A stretch of 64,000 nucleotides of DNA, taken from NCBI GenBank assembly GCA_963695555.1, contig CAVOGR010000002.1:1-64000 (forward strand), in the 5' to 3' direction. Numbering within the stretch: position 1 is the first letter of the stretch; each line of letters starts with the position of its first letter. Under the pieces are notes generated by a model. The model was not told the origin of the DNA. It was given only the letters and a program-made list of their open reading frames with translations, and did no database searches. Below are positions 9,566 to 19,235 of this stretch, piece after piece. This DNA comes from an uncultured Gemmatimonadales bacterium. GTDB lineage: Bacteria; Gemmatimonadota; Gemmatimonadetes; Gemmatimonadales; GWC2-71-9. The translations under genes were made by a program, and so were the position numbers.

Positions 9566-10603
9566 CTACGCGGCGACCCGCGGGCGGCGGCCGTTCAGCA
9601 ACACCCGCCGAAGCGGCAAATTCTCGAGCACCGCGAGCGGGTGCAGCAGATACCGCTCCACTTCCACGTAACAGGCGAGAAAGCACCGCGTCGCGCACGC
9701 CGGGTCGGTGATCCACTCGGCTTCGCGCTGCATGAGGGTGCACAGATCGGGATAGTCCTGCAGATACACCTGCCGGTCCATCTTCCGCTGGCACGGCAGA
9801 TACACGCGCCCATCGGGCTCGACCCGCGGCGACACCAGCGGGAAGCACCGGTGCGGGATGAAGTCGCGGATGGCGCGGAGATAGGCCGCGGAACAGAACA
9901 CCGGCCGCCCCGCCGCCTTGGCCCGGACCAGCCGGTCGAGCAGTGCCACATATGATGGATTGCCAGGCAGGTCGGGATTGGGATCGTACCGGCCGTGCTC
10001 GGGCGAGAGGGTGAGCTCGGCACCCAGTTCTGCACAGAGCGCGAGGATGTCCTCGATGCCGGCGATGGTCTCCGGTGCCACAACCGCGTGCAGACTCAGC
10101 CGGAACCCATGCTCCCTGGACAACTCAGCCGCCTGCCGGATAGCGGGCAGGATACGGCCGGTGATCCTCGGCACACCGCTCATCACGTCATTGATTGGAC
10201 CATCGATCGAGTCGAGGCTGATCACCACGTGATCGACCAGATGCAGGTCGTCGACATGGTGGTGCAACAGGAGGCCGTTGGTGCTCAACAGCAACGGCCG
10301 GAAGTCGAGCTCCCGGGCCCGCCGGAGCACCGCCCCTACGCCGGGATACATCAGCGGCTCGCCCCCCGTGATGTTGAGCGCCGGATTGTGCGGCCGGATC
10401 TTGTCGAGCAGTGCCACCGCCTCCTCCGTCGGCAGGCTCGGCTCGGGTCCGGGTGGATAGCAGTAGCGGCAGCGGAGGTTACAGCCCTTGGTGAGATAGA
10501 AATTGGTCATCAAGGGCCGGAACTGCCGGGCCCCGGTCCGCACGCAGTACAGGTCGATCAGGAAGTTGAGCGCCAATTCCGAATATGTGCGGGCGCTACC
10601 CAT
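9566..10603 (-). CDS. Radical SAM protein with C-terminal Cys-rich (SPASM/twitch-like) region
   Basis: CNLRCRYC, ITGGEP, C-terminal C...PC...CATRCFLAC; ATG 10603 overlaps upstream stop. Confidence 0.85.
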   Translation of the reverse strand: MGSARTYSELALNFLIDLYCVRTGARQFRPLMTNFYLTKGCNLRCRYCYPPGPEPSLPTEEAVALLDKIRPHNPALNITGGEPLMYPGVGAVLRRARELDFRPLLLSTNGLLLHHHVDDLHLVDHVVISLDSIDGPINDVMSGVPRITGRILPAIRQAAELSREHGFRLSLHAVVAPETIAGIEDILALCAELGAELTLSPEHGRYDPNPDLPGNPSYVALLDRLVRAKAAGRPVFCSAAYLRAIRDFIPHRCFPLVSPRVEPDGRVYLPCQRKMDRQVYLQDYPDLCTLMQREAEWITDPACATRCFLACYVEVERYLLHPLAVLENLPLRRVLLNGRRPRVAA

Positions 10604-11381
10604 GCCTGCCTCCCTCCGCCGGCGACTGGTCGATGGACTCGTGCAGGGCGCGGAGCTGGCGAGCTCGCAGGGCCTCACCACCGTCACCTGGTACCGGCTC
10701 CCCCCGCGCCAGCCGACGGAGCGCCGCCAGTCGTTGCAATGCCGTGAGGTTGGTGAGCAGGGCAAGCAACCAGACGATCGGCGCAAGCGGGAGCGTCGCC
10801 ACCCGTGTGATGCCGAACCCCAGAGCCTCCGCGGTGACGGTGAGCCAGCCGACCAGCAGGGTGTGCCCGACGCTCAGCAGCAGCCCCGCGGCAATCAGCG
10901 TCACCCTGTCCTGCCGCCGGAGCACGCCGGTGCGAAAGGCGTATCCATGGGCCTTGCCGACCGCCATGACGTAGCTGGTCGCCATTGAGCCCACCAACGC
11001 GAGTACCGCGGCCAACGCCGTCGCATCATGTCCGCCGCGCGCGAAGAAGATCGTGAGGCCGACGTAGACCGCGGCGTCCGCGTAGCGGTCGAGGATCGAG
11101 TCGAGGATGCCGCCGAACACCGTCACGCGATTGGTCAGTGCGGCGACCTTACCGTCACTGAAATCGAGAATCCCGCCCGCCACGATGAGCGCGCACGCAG
11201 TGATCAGGTGCCCGAAGGCGATGAAGACGCCGCCGCACAGGGTCAGCGTGAACGCCGCCACGGTAATCGCATTCGGGTTCACCCGGGAAACGATCAACCG
11301 GCGGATGACCGGCGTCACCGAGCGGGTGAACCAGGCGTCCAGCCAATCGGGGATGAGTCCCGTCCGCGTCTCGGATCTCAT
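10596..11381 (-). CDS. CDP-alcohol phosphatidyltransferase (PgsA/PIP-synthase-like)
   Basis: PNAITV; DFSDGKVA...GGILDSILDRYAD. Confidence 0.9.
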   Translation of the reverse strand: MRSETRTGLIPDWLDAWFTRSVTPVIRRLIVSRVNPNAITVAAFTLTLCGGVFIAFGHLITACALIVAGGILDFSDGKVAALTNRVTVFGGILDSILDRYADAAVYVGLTIFFARGGHDATALAAVLALVGSMATSYVMAVGKAHGYAFRTGVLRRQDRVTLIAAGLLLSVGHTLLVGWLTVTAEALGFGITRVATLPLAPIVWLLALLTNLTALQRLAALRRLARGEPVPGDGGEALRARQLRALHESIDQSPAEGGRHG

Positions 11382-12266
11382 GCCGGTGCCTCCCGCTCGG
11401 GTACCAGCACCCGCAGCGCCCGCCGGTCGAACGACCAGAGCGCCGGGGTGGAGCCCGCGGCCTCGCCATCCGCGAAGATGTCGCGGGGCGACTCCGTTAC
11501 GACCCGTACCGTCTGCCCGCGCCGCATCACGACACCCTGACGATTAGTATGCGTGCCGCGAAACACCCGGGGGAACTCGCGCAGTAAGCGGCCGCGCGAC
11601 ACCTCGGCCACGATACACACATCGAGCGCTCCATCGTCCATCTCGGCTGCGGGAGCGATACGCATACCTCCCCCGTAACATGGTCCGTTGGCCACCGCCA
11701 CCAGCGTGATTGCGCCACTCCAAGTCCAGTCGTCGACCGTCACCTCCGCCTCGAACGGCCGAAACGCGGCCAACGCCCGCAACACGCAGACGACATATCC
11801 GGCCGTTCCGCCCAGATATCCGGCGCGATCCCGTGCCAGCCGGTTTACCAAGGCGTCGAAGCCGACGCAGGCGACCGAGGCGAACGGCGTGCCGTTCACG
11901 GACGGGAGATCGACCTGGCGCTCGCGCAAGTGCCGGCCGCGCAAGAATGCCTCGCCGTCCCATCGTCCGGCGTCCAGGTTACGCAGGAAGTCGTTGCCTC
12001 GACCCGCTGGGACGACCCCGCACGGCAACCGCGCTTCGGCCAGAGCATCGAGCACCCCGTGCACCGTCCCGTCACCGCCCACCAAGACCACGCCTTCCGT
12101 TCCCTTGGCCGGTGCAGCCAGGATCAGTTCACTGGCCTGCTCCGCGCTTGCGGTGACTACCCACTCGAGGTCGTGATCCCCGGAACCGCTCACGCGTAGA
12201 CGCGTCCAGTTGCCGGAGCGCCGCCCCGCCTCCGGCATGCGGATTAACCAGGCCGAGCAGCCGCAC
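11378..12266 (-). CDS. Diacylglycerol kinase family lipid kinase (YegS/DagK), frameshift near 12170-12210
   Basis: GTG 12266 after AGGAGG gives VRLLGLVNPHAGGG; other frame gives GGDGT, PAGRGNDF, GFDA, NGPCYGGGM, DGE. Confidence 0.85.
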
Positions 12267-15200
12267 CGTGTTCCTCCTCCCAGGCTCGGGCCTGCATGAC
12301 AAAATTCTCGAGCAGGCCATACATCTGTTCGTCGCGGCGTCCGTCGTAGTGAAGGTGCCGAATCGGGAACCCGCCCAGATCGTCGGACACGCGCCGGCTC
12401 AACGCCTCCACAATGCCGCCCACCATGCAGCCGAATGGCGATACGTGGATGACGCCGCCTACCCCGCGCCGGAAGAGATCGATGCTTCGACCGATCCCGA
12501 CGATGGTCTCCCCTTCGAACGTGTTCGGCACATAGGGTGCCGCCAACCGGAACAACTCCGCAACCGAGGGATACCCGGCATTGGCCAGCCGTCCGCGCAC
12601 GGCCCGGGTGAGCCGTGCCATCTCGAAGCGCTGCAGGGCGTCTATCCCACGGAGCGAGAGTTCCCGTTTCCACTGGCCTTCGTAGCGACAATGGAGCCGC
12701 GCCGTCCAGTTGGTGTACAACACCCACTCCGCGAGTGATGGGTACCAGACCTCCGCGCCGAGCGCTTCGAGTTGGTCCGCCACCGCGGCGTTGGCGGCCG
12801 CGTTGCAGCGCACGTAGTTCTCCCCCAGGAGTCCCACCCGAACCGGTGGGCGGTGATTGCGGAGCGGCAGCGCCTCGAGCCGATCGAACCCGCGCCGGAG
12901 CACGTGGGCAAGGCCCTCGCCCCGTTCGATCGCCATACCGAGCGCGGCCAGCCCTTCCTTATAGGGTGCATCTGCCTCCGCGCGATCGACCGCCCGCGCC
13001 CGGCATTCCCGCCACTTTCTGAATAGGAGGTCCGTTGCCACGATTCCACTCCACACGCGGCGTTGAAAGCCCGCGGGGACCATGCCGAACTTTTCATAGA
13101 ATTCGGGATCCTGGCTCGCGTTGAAGATCGGGACGTCGGAGTGTCCCTGATCGTCGAGCACCACCCGCTGCAGCCACGGGTACTGCCCCAATCGACATGG
13201 TCCGTCGCCGGCGATCATGAAGAACGCCGGTTCGGGATCACTGGGGCGCTGGTGCTCGAGCTGTCGCAGCATGTCGCCGAGGACGAAGCTGCAGGGGAGA
13301 CATTCTCCGCCGTCCAACGCGGCCCGGCCCAGCGCTACCGATTCCTCGTCCGGGAGCGGGAGCACCTCGGCGTCCACGCCGCACGAGCGGAACGCAGCGG
13401 CGAAGGCGATGGCGTGGTCCGACATGCGGGGGATGAAGAGTCGGCGGGTCGCGAGGTCCGTCCCCGTTACCGCGCCTGGTGCGGATGGAGAAGCCGGAGT
13501 GGGTGCCCGCCGTGACCCGAACGTCCACCGGAACGCTTCGACCCGGGTGTGGATGCCGTTGAACTCGCTGTGCTCGTCGACTTCGATCTCGAGCAGCGGC
13601 ACGTCCCCGAGCTCGCGGCGCAGCATGTGCACAATGAACGAGTCGGGGCCGCACCCGAAACTCGACACGCTGATGGCCGAGATGTCCCCGAGGCGGCGGA
13701 GTGCCTGCGCGGTCTGGAGGATCCGCTTTCCATAATACCAGTACATGTCGTGCAACTCGCCGCTCGCGAGCGCCTCATCCCGCACCATCTCCATCGGTAC
13801 CCCGGTGACCCCGACGTCCGCGAGCACCCGGGTAAGCCGCAGCTGGACCTGCGGGTCGCACACCGTGTACGGGCGGGCGAGGATCACCGCCGTGGGCGAT
13901 GAGCCCCGCCGAGCCAGCACCTCATCCCCACGTTGCAGCATCTCCCGGCGGAAGGTGTCTTGCGCCTCACGAGCCGCGGCGAACGCGGCGCGCGTGTGAC
14001 GAGGCGACCGACCCAGCGTGCGGCCGAAGGCCACCATATCGTGCTCGGCCAGCCGCGGAAGTGACAGCCGGAGCCGCGGGATCAGGTACTCCACACCCTC
14101 GGGAAGGAGCGCCCGCGTCGTGTAGGGCCAGCCCTGCACGGCCGGGCACACATGATCGAGCCGCTCCGCCACGGTGCCGTGCTCGAGGCTCGCGACCGAG
14201 GGAAGCAGAATGCGTCGTACCCCGGCCGTCACCAGCGCGTCCACATGACCATACGCGACCGTGAGCGGCAGACACGCGTCGTGCCGTGCCAGCACCATGC
14301 CCCGCTCCAGTGTCGCCCGAGTGGTAGGCGGGGACAGTACATACGGCACACCGAGGTGACCCAGGAACGCGGTCCAGAACGGGAGCTGCTCGAGGAAGAG
14401 CAACGCGCGCGGGATGCCTACGGCATCCGCATCCCCCGGCGAAGCTTCCGCCACCCACCGGGTGGCGGCCGCCTCCCGTTCGGCAAACAGATCCAGCCGC
14501 TGGGCGGACCGGCCACCGTTTCCCCTGTCTACCTCGCCTCGTCCGTCGTAACGGTCGCACAGCCCGCCCGCAAAGAACCGGCGGCGCGATGGTCCTTGGG
14601 TGACGTGGACGGTGCAGCGATTACTGCATTGTGGGCAATTGAAGCTCCGGGTGCGGATCCGGGAGAGATCGCGCGCTCGAAGCCCCTGGAAGCGCGATGG
14701 ACCGCACACCTGCTCCGCCGCCAGCAGCGCGACACCGATTGCACCGGCCGCGTCGTTGAACGGATGCACCGTGACGTCGTGTTCCAGCACCTTCCGAAGT
14801 GCCGCGACGACTGCACCATTCGCGGCCACACCGCCCTGAAACGCGATCCGCCGGCCCGGTCGGTGGCGTCCAACAACTCGCCCGAGGTAGTTGCGCACCA
14901 CCGCATAGGCCAGTCCGGCCGCGAGGTCCTCGCGCGCGCAGCCTTCCTGCAGCCGGCGCGCGATCTCCGACGCCATGAAGACCGTGCAACGCTCTCCCAA
15001 CTCGATCGGCGCCCGGGAGCGGAGCGCTTCGCGCTCGAATTCCCCGACGATGTCCAGCCCAAGCACGGCTGCCATCTCCTCGAGGAAGGAGCCCGTGCCC
15101 GCAGAGCACACCTTGTTCATCTCGAACCCCACCACCGCCCCATGATCCAGCCGGATGTACTTGGCGTCCTGCCCACCAATGTCGAAGACCGTGTCGGCGT

Positions 15201-16449
15201 CCGGCAGATACCGCACGCATCCAGCCGCATGCGCCGTGATCTCATTCACCGCGAAGTCGGCGCCGATCAGCTCGGCCACGAAGCGCCGGCCGGAGCCGGT
15301 GACGCCGACGGCCGCGGGAGAGACGACTCCATGGCGCTCCTCGAGCGCGCGCAGTACCGCCGCTACCGCCGCGAGGGGATCGCCGCGGGTGGGCACCGAC
15401 TGGGTGTGTCGCACCGCGCCGTCCGGCGCGAGCCACGCCAAATTGGTGCTGGTCGAACCGATATCGATCCCCAGGGTGCCGCCGCTCATCGGCTGGTGGT
15501 CCGGTGGTTCGGGCCTGGCGACAGCCGGGGGCGACGGGCGGCCATTCGGCGCGAGCGGAGGCAGCACCACCCGCGGGGGCACAGGCGGCGCGGACGTCCG
15601 CACCCGTAGAATTGCCTCAGCAAGTGGCACCGCGGATTGATCCGACATGGCTCGCCCCGCAATGACGGCCCCGACCGCGCCGACCAGCGCGTGCAGATGT
15701 GGCACGACGAGCTCACCCGGATCCAGGCCCAGGGTCTCGATCACGGCGCGCCGCACGCCCCCGTTGGCCGCGACCCCACCCACTAATGCCAGGGGCCGCG
15801 GCGGTGTCTGGGCGCCGATCACCTCTCGCGCCAGGCTCTGGGCGATGGCGAGACACAGGGCATAGGCCAGATCGTCCAGCGGGATGCCGTTCTGATGCTT
15901 GTGCACCAGATCGGTCTTGGCGAAGACGGCACACCGGCCGGCAATGGGAACGGAGCGCTGGGCTGTCGCGGCCAGCTGGGCAAACTGCTCGATCGACAGC
16001 CCGAAGCGGTGGGCTTCCTGTTCGAGGAAGGCGCCGGTACCGGCCGAGCATGCACCGTTTAGCGCGAAGTCCTCGAGTATCCGATCGTCGGTCTCGGTCG
16101 GGGGGCCGAAGCGTAGGAAGGCTGAATGCTCGCCGCCAAGCTCGAGTGCCGCACCTGCCTCGGGAACCAGGTGCACCACCCCGCGGGAGGTGGCGACGAT
16201 CGGATTGACCTGGGTGACGCCCAGGAATTCCGCGTACCTGTCCGCCCGGTTTCCGGTTACCGCGACCAGCATGCACCGCGCCTCGGGCAGCGCGCGGGCC
16301 AGCTCCTCGAGCACGCCTGCGAGGCACGGCTGGAGCCGGCCCCGGATCGGCCGGCATACCTGGGCGGCCACAATGCCATCGCGCAGGACGACCGCCTTGA
16401 TGGCGGTCGAACCGAGGTCGATCGCAGCGAACAGGTCGCTGGCCGTCAT
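12244..16449 (-). CDS. Fused acyl-CoA dehydratase activase (2x BcrAD_BadFG) + DUF2229 + 2-hydroxyacyl-CoA dehydratase; PlsA/Ger (plasmalogen synthase / glycerol ester reductase) architecture, 1401 aa
   Basis: IDLGST, CSAGTGAFLE, GRCAVF; GIDIGSTS, DIGGQDAK, CSAGTGSFLE, CTVF; CPQCSNRC; VGIPRAL; FGCGPDSF, EVDEH; ECLP, GPCRLGQY, PFGCM; ATGA coupling at 16449. Confidence 0.88.
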   Translation of the reverse strand: MTASDLFAAIDLGSTAIKAVVLRDGIVAAQVCRPIRGRLQPCLAGVLEELARALPEARCMLVAVTGNRADRYAEFLGVTQVNPIVATSRGVVHLVPEAGAALELGGEHSAFLRFGPPTETDDRILEDFALNGACSAGTGAFLEQEAHRFGLSIEQFAQLAATAQRSVPIAGRCAVFAKTDLVHKHQNGIPLDDLAYALCLAIAQSLAREVIGAQTPPRPLALVGGVAANGGVRRAVIETLGLDPGELVVPHLHALVGAVGAVIAGRAMSDQSAVPLAEAILRVRTSAPPVPPRVVLPPLAPNGRPSPPAVARPEPPDHQPMSGGTLGIDIGSTSTNLAWLAPDGAVRHTQSVPTRGDPLAAVAAVLRALEERHGVVSPAAVGVTGSGRRFVAELIGADFAVNEITAHAAGCVRYLPDADTVFDIGGQDAKYIRLDHGAVVGFEMNKVCSAGTGSFLEEMAAVLGLDIVGEFEREALRSRAPIELGERCTVFMASEIARRLQEGCAREDLAAGLAYAVVRNYLGRVVGRHRPGRRIAFQGGVAANGAVVAALRKVLEHDVTVHPFNDAAGAIGVALLAAEQVCGPSRFQGLRARDLSRIRTRSFNCPQCSNRCTVHVTQGPSRRRFFAGGLCDRYDGRGEVDRGNGGRSAQRLDLFAEREAAATRWVAEASPGDADAVGIPRALLFLEQLPFWTAFLGHLGVPYVLSPPTTRATLERGMVLARHDACLPLTVAYGHVDALVTAGVRRILLPSVASLEHGTVAERLDHVCPAVQGWPYTTRALLPEGVEYLIPRLRLSLPRLAEHDMVAFGRTLGRSPRHTRAAFAAAREAQDTFRREMLQRGDEVLARRGSSPTAVILARPYTVCDPQVQLRLTRVLADVGVTGVPMEMVRDEALASGELHDMYWYYGKRILQTAQALRRLGDISAISVSSFGCGPDSFIVHMLRRELGDVPLLEIEVDEHSEFNGIHTRVEAFRWTFGSRRAPTPASPSAPGAVTGTDLATRRLFIPRMSDHAIAFAAAFRSCGVDAEVLPLPDEESVALGRAALDGGECLPCSFVLGDMLRQLEHQRPSDPEPAFFMIAGDGPCRLGQYPWLQRVVLDDQGHSDVPIFNASQDPEFYEKFGMVPAGFQRRVWSGIVATDLLFRKWRECRARAVDRAEADAPYKEGLAALGMAIERGEGLAHVLRRGFDRLEALPLRNHRPPVRVGLLGENYVRCNAAANAAVADQLEALGAEVWYPSLAEWVLYTNWTARLHCRYEGQWKRELSLRGIDALQRFEMARLTRAVRGRLANAGYPSVAELFRLAAPYVPNTFEGETIVGIGRSIDLFRRGVGGVIHVSPFGCMVGGIVEALSRRVSDDLGGFPIRHLHYDGRRDEQMYGLLENFVMQARAWEEEHGAAARPG

Positions 16450-18296
16450 GATGCGCCCCCGACCGCATCGTTCCGCCGGCGCACCAGGTAGTCGCCGATC
16501 ACCAGTGCATCGAGGCCCGCCCGGAGAAAACATTGGATCGCGTCGTCCGGGGTGCACACGATGGGCTCGCCGGCCTGGTTGAACGACGTATTGAGCAGTA
16601 CCGGCAAGCCGGTCAGCGCCTTGAACTCCTGCAACAGGCGGTGAAATCGTGGCTCGTGCGCCTCGCGTACCACCTGCACGCGGGCTGACCCGTCGACGTG
16701 CACGACGCCCGCGATCCGCTGCCGCTCGGCAACGCGGGCGGGATAGGTCACCACCATGAAGGGCGCCGCGGTGTCGTCCGGGATATCGAAGAACGCGTGC
16801 GCGTCCTCGGCAAGCACGCTGGGCGCGAAGGGCCGGAACCCTTCCCGGTGCTTGACCAGCGCGTTGATGCGGTCCCGCACCTCGACCGATGCCGGTGTTG
16901 CGAGGATACTGCGGGCACCGAGCGCGCGCGGTCCGAATTCCATGCGGCCCTGATGCCACGCGACGATCGCGCCATCCGCCAGGAGCCGCGCGGCGTGGGC
17001 CTCGATCTGTTCCATGCGCTGCCAATCGATTCCTGGCGTTTTGCTCAATGCGTCTTCGATGGCGCGGTCCGTGTACCGGGGACCCCAGGTGGTATGCAGG
17101 ATCGCTTCGGAAGTCGGATTGCCATCATACGTGTGGTGGGCATAGAGCGCCGCTCCGAGCGCCGCACCGTCGTCCGATGCCGCTGGCTGGACGAACAACT
17201 GGCTGAACAGGTTGGAACGGACGATGGCACCATTCAGACATGCGTTGAGCCCCACACCGCCGGCGATACACAGGCGTTCGAGCGAAAACCTCCCGCGCAA
17301 ATATCTGAGCGAGTGCAACACAGCCCGTTCCAATGCCTGCTGCAGCGCCGCGGCCACGTCGGCACTTTGTCGGCCGTACGCTCCTGGCGTCTCGGCCGGA
17401 CCGAATTGGAGCTCGAGCCAGTGGTACAGATCGGGCCGGCACATGGATCGCGTCGACCACACGCCATCCGCGTCCAGATGGACCAACTCGCGAAACACCG
17501 CGGCGAACCGGTCGGCGTTCCCATACGCCGCGAGGCCCATGGTCTTGTACTCGTCCCCATAGGTGCGGAACCCGAGATACGCAGTGATCAGCTGGTAGAG
17601 GGTGCCCAGGGAGCTCGGCAGTGGTATCCTGCCCTGCGGCGTGACCTGGCCACCGGTACCCACGGCCCACATCGCGCTTTCTTCTTCGCCGTAGCCATCC
17701 AGCGTCAGGCACAAGGCTTCGTCGAAGCCCGAGCTGTAGAACGCCCCGGCCGCATGCGCCAGATGATGCGGTACGCTCAGGAACTGATCCGGGGCGATCG
17801 GGCGGTCGGCAATCTGCTCCAACCGTGCCCGCACCACCGCCGGTGCGAGCCGACTCGCAAATGCATCCAAGTACTCCTGCTCGAGCAAGCGACCCAGGTC
17901 GGGCTCGAGTCCGCTCGCCACCCGCTCGAACCGTGCGCGCACCGCTTCGGGTGTGAAGCTGCAATAATGCGCCACGAGGTTCACGTCGGCCCAGGTGCAA
18001 CCTGCTTCCTCCAGACAGTATTGAATGGCGCGGCGTGGCAGGAGGGTGCGGCCGGCGAGGTTGAATCCGTGCTTCTGACGCGTGAACCGCTCCTCGGCGG
18101 CGCACGCCACGAGGCGGCCGTCCACCAGAATTGCCGCCGCCGCATCGTGGCCGATGAGTCCGAGCGGGAAGAACTGGAGGGGGACGGTACCGTTCCAGTT
18201 ACTGAACGGAGCGTCCGGAGACACCTGGCCGGCATACGGGTGGGGGGTGCCGGAGTGGCTGGCATTCTCGAACCCGCTGATCCCGAGGACGATCAT
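16446..18296 (-). CDS. O-carbamoyltransferase (NodU/CmcH/TobZ family)
   Basis: HDAAAA, EERFTR.KH, HHLAHA, GGVGLN, EFGPRALGARS, RPFAP, HVDGSARVQ, NTSFN. Confidence 0.95.
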   Translation of the reverse strand: MIVLGISGFENASHSGTPHPYAGQVSPDAPFSNWNGTVPLQFFPLGLIGHDAAAAILVDGRLVACAAEERFTRQKHGFNLAGRTLLPRRAIQYCLEEAGCTWADVNLVAHYCSFTPEAVRARFERVASGLEPDLGRLLEQEYLDAFASRLAPAVVRARLEQIADRPIAPDQFLSVPHHLAHAAGAFYSSGFDEALCLTLDGYGEEESAMWAVGTGGQVTPQGRIPLPSSLGTLYQLITAYLGFRTYGDEYKTMGLAAYGNADRFAAVFRELVHLDADGVWSTRSMCRPDLYHWLELQFGPAETPGAYGRQSADVAAALQQALERAVLHSLRYLRGRFSLERLCIAGGVGLNACLNGAIVRSNLFSQLFVQPAASDDGAALGAALYAHHTYDGNPTSEAILHTTWGPRYTDRAIEDALSKTPGIDWQRMEQIEAHAARLLADGAIVAWHQGRMEFGPRALGARSILATPASVEVRDRINALVKHREGFRPFAPSVLAEDAHAFFDIPDDTAAPFMVVTYPARVAERQRIAGVVHVDGSARVQVVREAHEPRFHRLLQEFKALTGLPVLLNTSFNQAGEPIVCTPDDAIQCFLRAGLDALVIGDYLVRRRNDAVGGAS

Positions 18297-18305
18297 GGCT
18301 GACGC

Positions 18306-19235
18306 TCACCCGTCGCCCACGGTCTCGAGAGTCCGGCCGGACACGAAGTAGTAGGCCGGGCGCAGCAGGCATTCGAGTGCGACCAGTCGGGTGCGGCGCG
18401 AGAGCGCCGCGAGTCGCTTCTTCAGGTCCGGATGTGTGGTCCACCGCGCCGGGTCTTCCGACACCCCGAACCAGTGCTCGAACGTGAGCCCGTGGGCGTC
18501 GAACATGTGGAACAGGTCATCCAGCGTTACTGGCTGCTCGTACGCCGGAAACATCTGGTCGGCCAGCCAGGCTGGGTGCTCCAACAACCAGCGGATGCCG
18601 TCCGTTCCCGAGCCCCGGGGCGTGTAGAATCCTGCGCCTACCGCGTAGCGGTCTCCCAAGTCCTCCAGGAAGGCCCGGGCCAGTGCGGCGCGATCTTCAT
18701 CCCCCCGAGCCGGGTCGCCGAGCAAGTCCAGGAACTTGCGGTTGAGCAGGTGTGCTGCCCGTCCGTGGCGGCCGTACATCCAGAGCACCAACCGCCCTCC
18801 GGGTCTGAGTCGCGCGACGAGGTTTGCCACGGCAGTGGACACCTCGGGCACGTGATGCAGCACGCCAAGCGCCAGCACCACGTCGAACGTGCCGAGGCTT
18901 TCGAGCGACCCGGTGGCGTCCGCCCGTTCGAAGAGCAGATTTGCCATTCCCGCCGCGCCGGCAAGATCCCGTGCCTGGTCGAGCGCGGTGGACGAGACGT
19001 CCACGCCGACGAACTCCACCGCGGGCAGCCGCCGGGCTAGGGCAATCACGGTGTGTCCGGTGCCGCAGCCTACGTCCAGCAGCCGCGCAACAGGTCCAGC
19101 CGGACGTCCGAGCCACTCGCCGAGATACCGGAGCAGGGCCAGTCCTTCCGGACTCGTGTGATCGGTGCCGGGAAACGGCCAGCGATCGTAGTGCCGCGAG
19201 ACCGCGGTCGCCGCGTGATCACGCGCGTTGCTCAT
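18306..19235 (-). CDS. Class I SAM-dependent methyltransferase
   Basis: LLDVGCGTG, FDVVLALGVLHH, LRPGG. Confidence 0.9.
   Translation of the reverse strand: MSNARDHAATAVSRHYDRWPFPGTDHTSPEGLALLRYLGEWLGRPAGPVARLLDVGCGTGHTVIALARRLPAVEFVGVDVSSTALDQARDLAGAAGMANLLFERADATGSLESLGTFDVVLALGVLHHVPEVSTAVANLVARLRPGGRLVLWMYGRHGRAAHLLNRKFLDLLGDPARGDEDRAALARAFLEDLGDRYAVGAGFYTPRGSGTDGIRWLLEHPAWLADQMFPAYEQPVTLDDLFHMFDAHGLTFEHWFGVSEDPARWTTHPDLKKRLAALSRRTRLVALECLLRPAYYFVSGRTLETVGDG

Noticed and set aside
9566..10603. RiPP maturase or hopanoid HpnH assignment
   Set aside because: No precursor peptide, RRE or squalene-hopene cyclase nearby; motifs support only a generic radical SAM call
12244..17025. 1593-aa ORF and similar N-terminal extensions (11378-12727, 28330-30108, 29025-30656, 49891-52074, 51792-54620, 53834-56146)
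   Set aside because: Extensions are Arg/Gly/Pro-rich off-frame read-through overlapping upstream genes; true starts sit at the gene junctions
14152..18302. Long + strand ORFs (14152-15609, 16698-18302; also 51687-53837, 53900-55582, 60168-61748)
   Set aside because: Antisense shadows of well-supported genes in GC-rich DNA; no motifs
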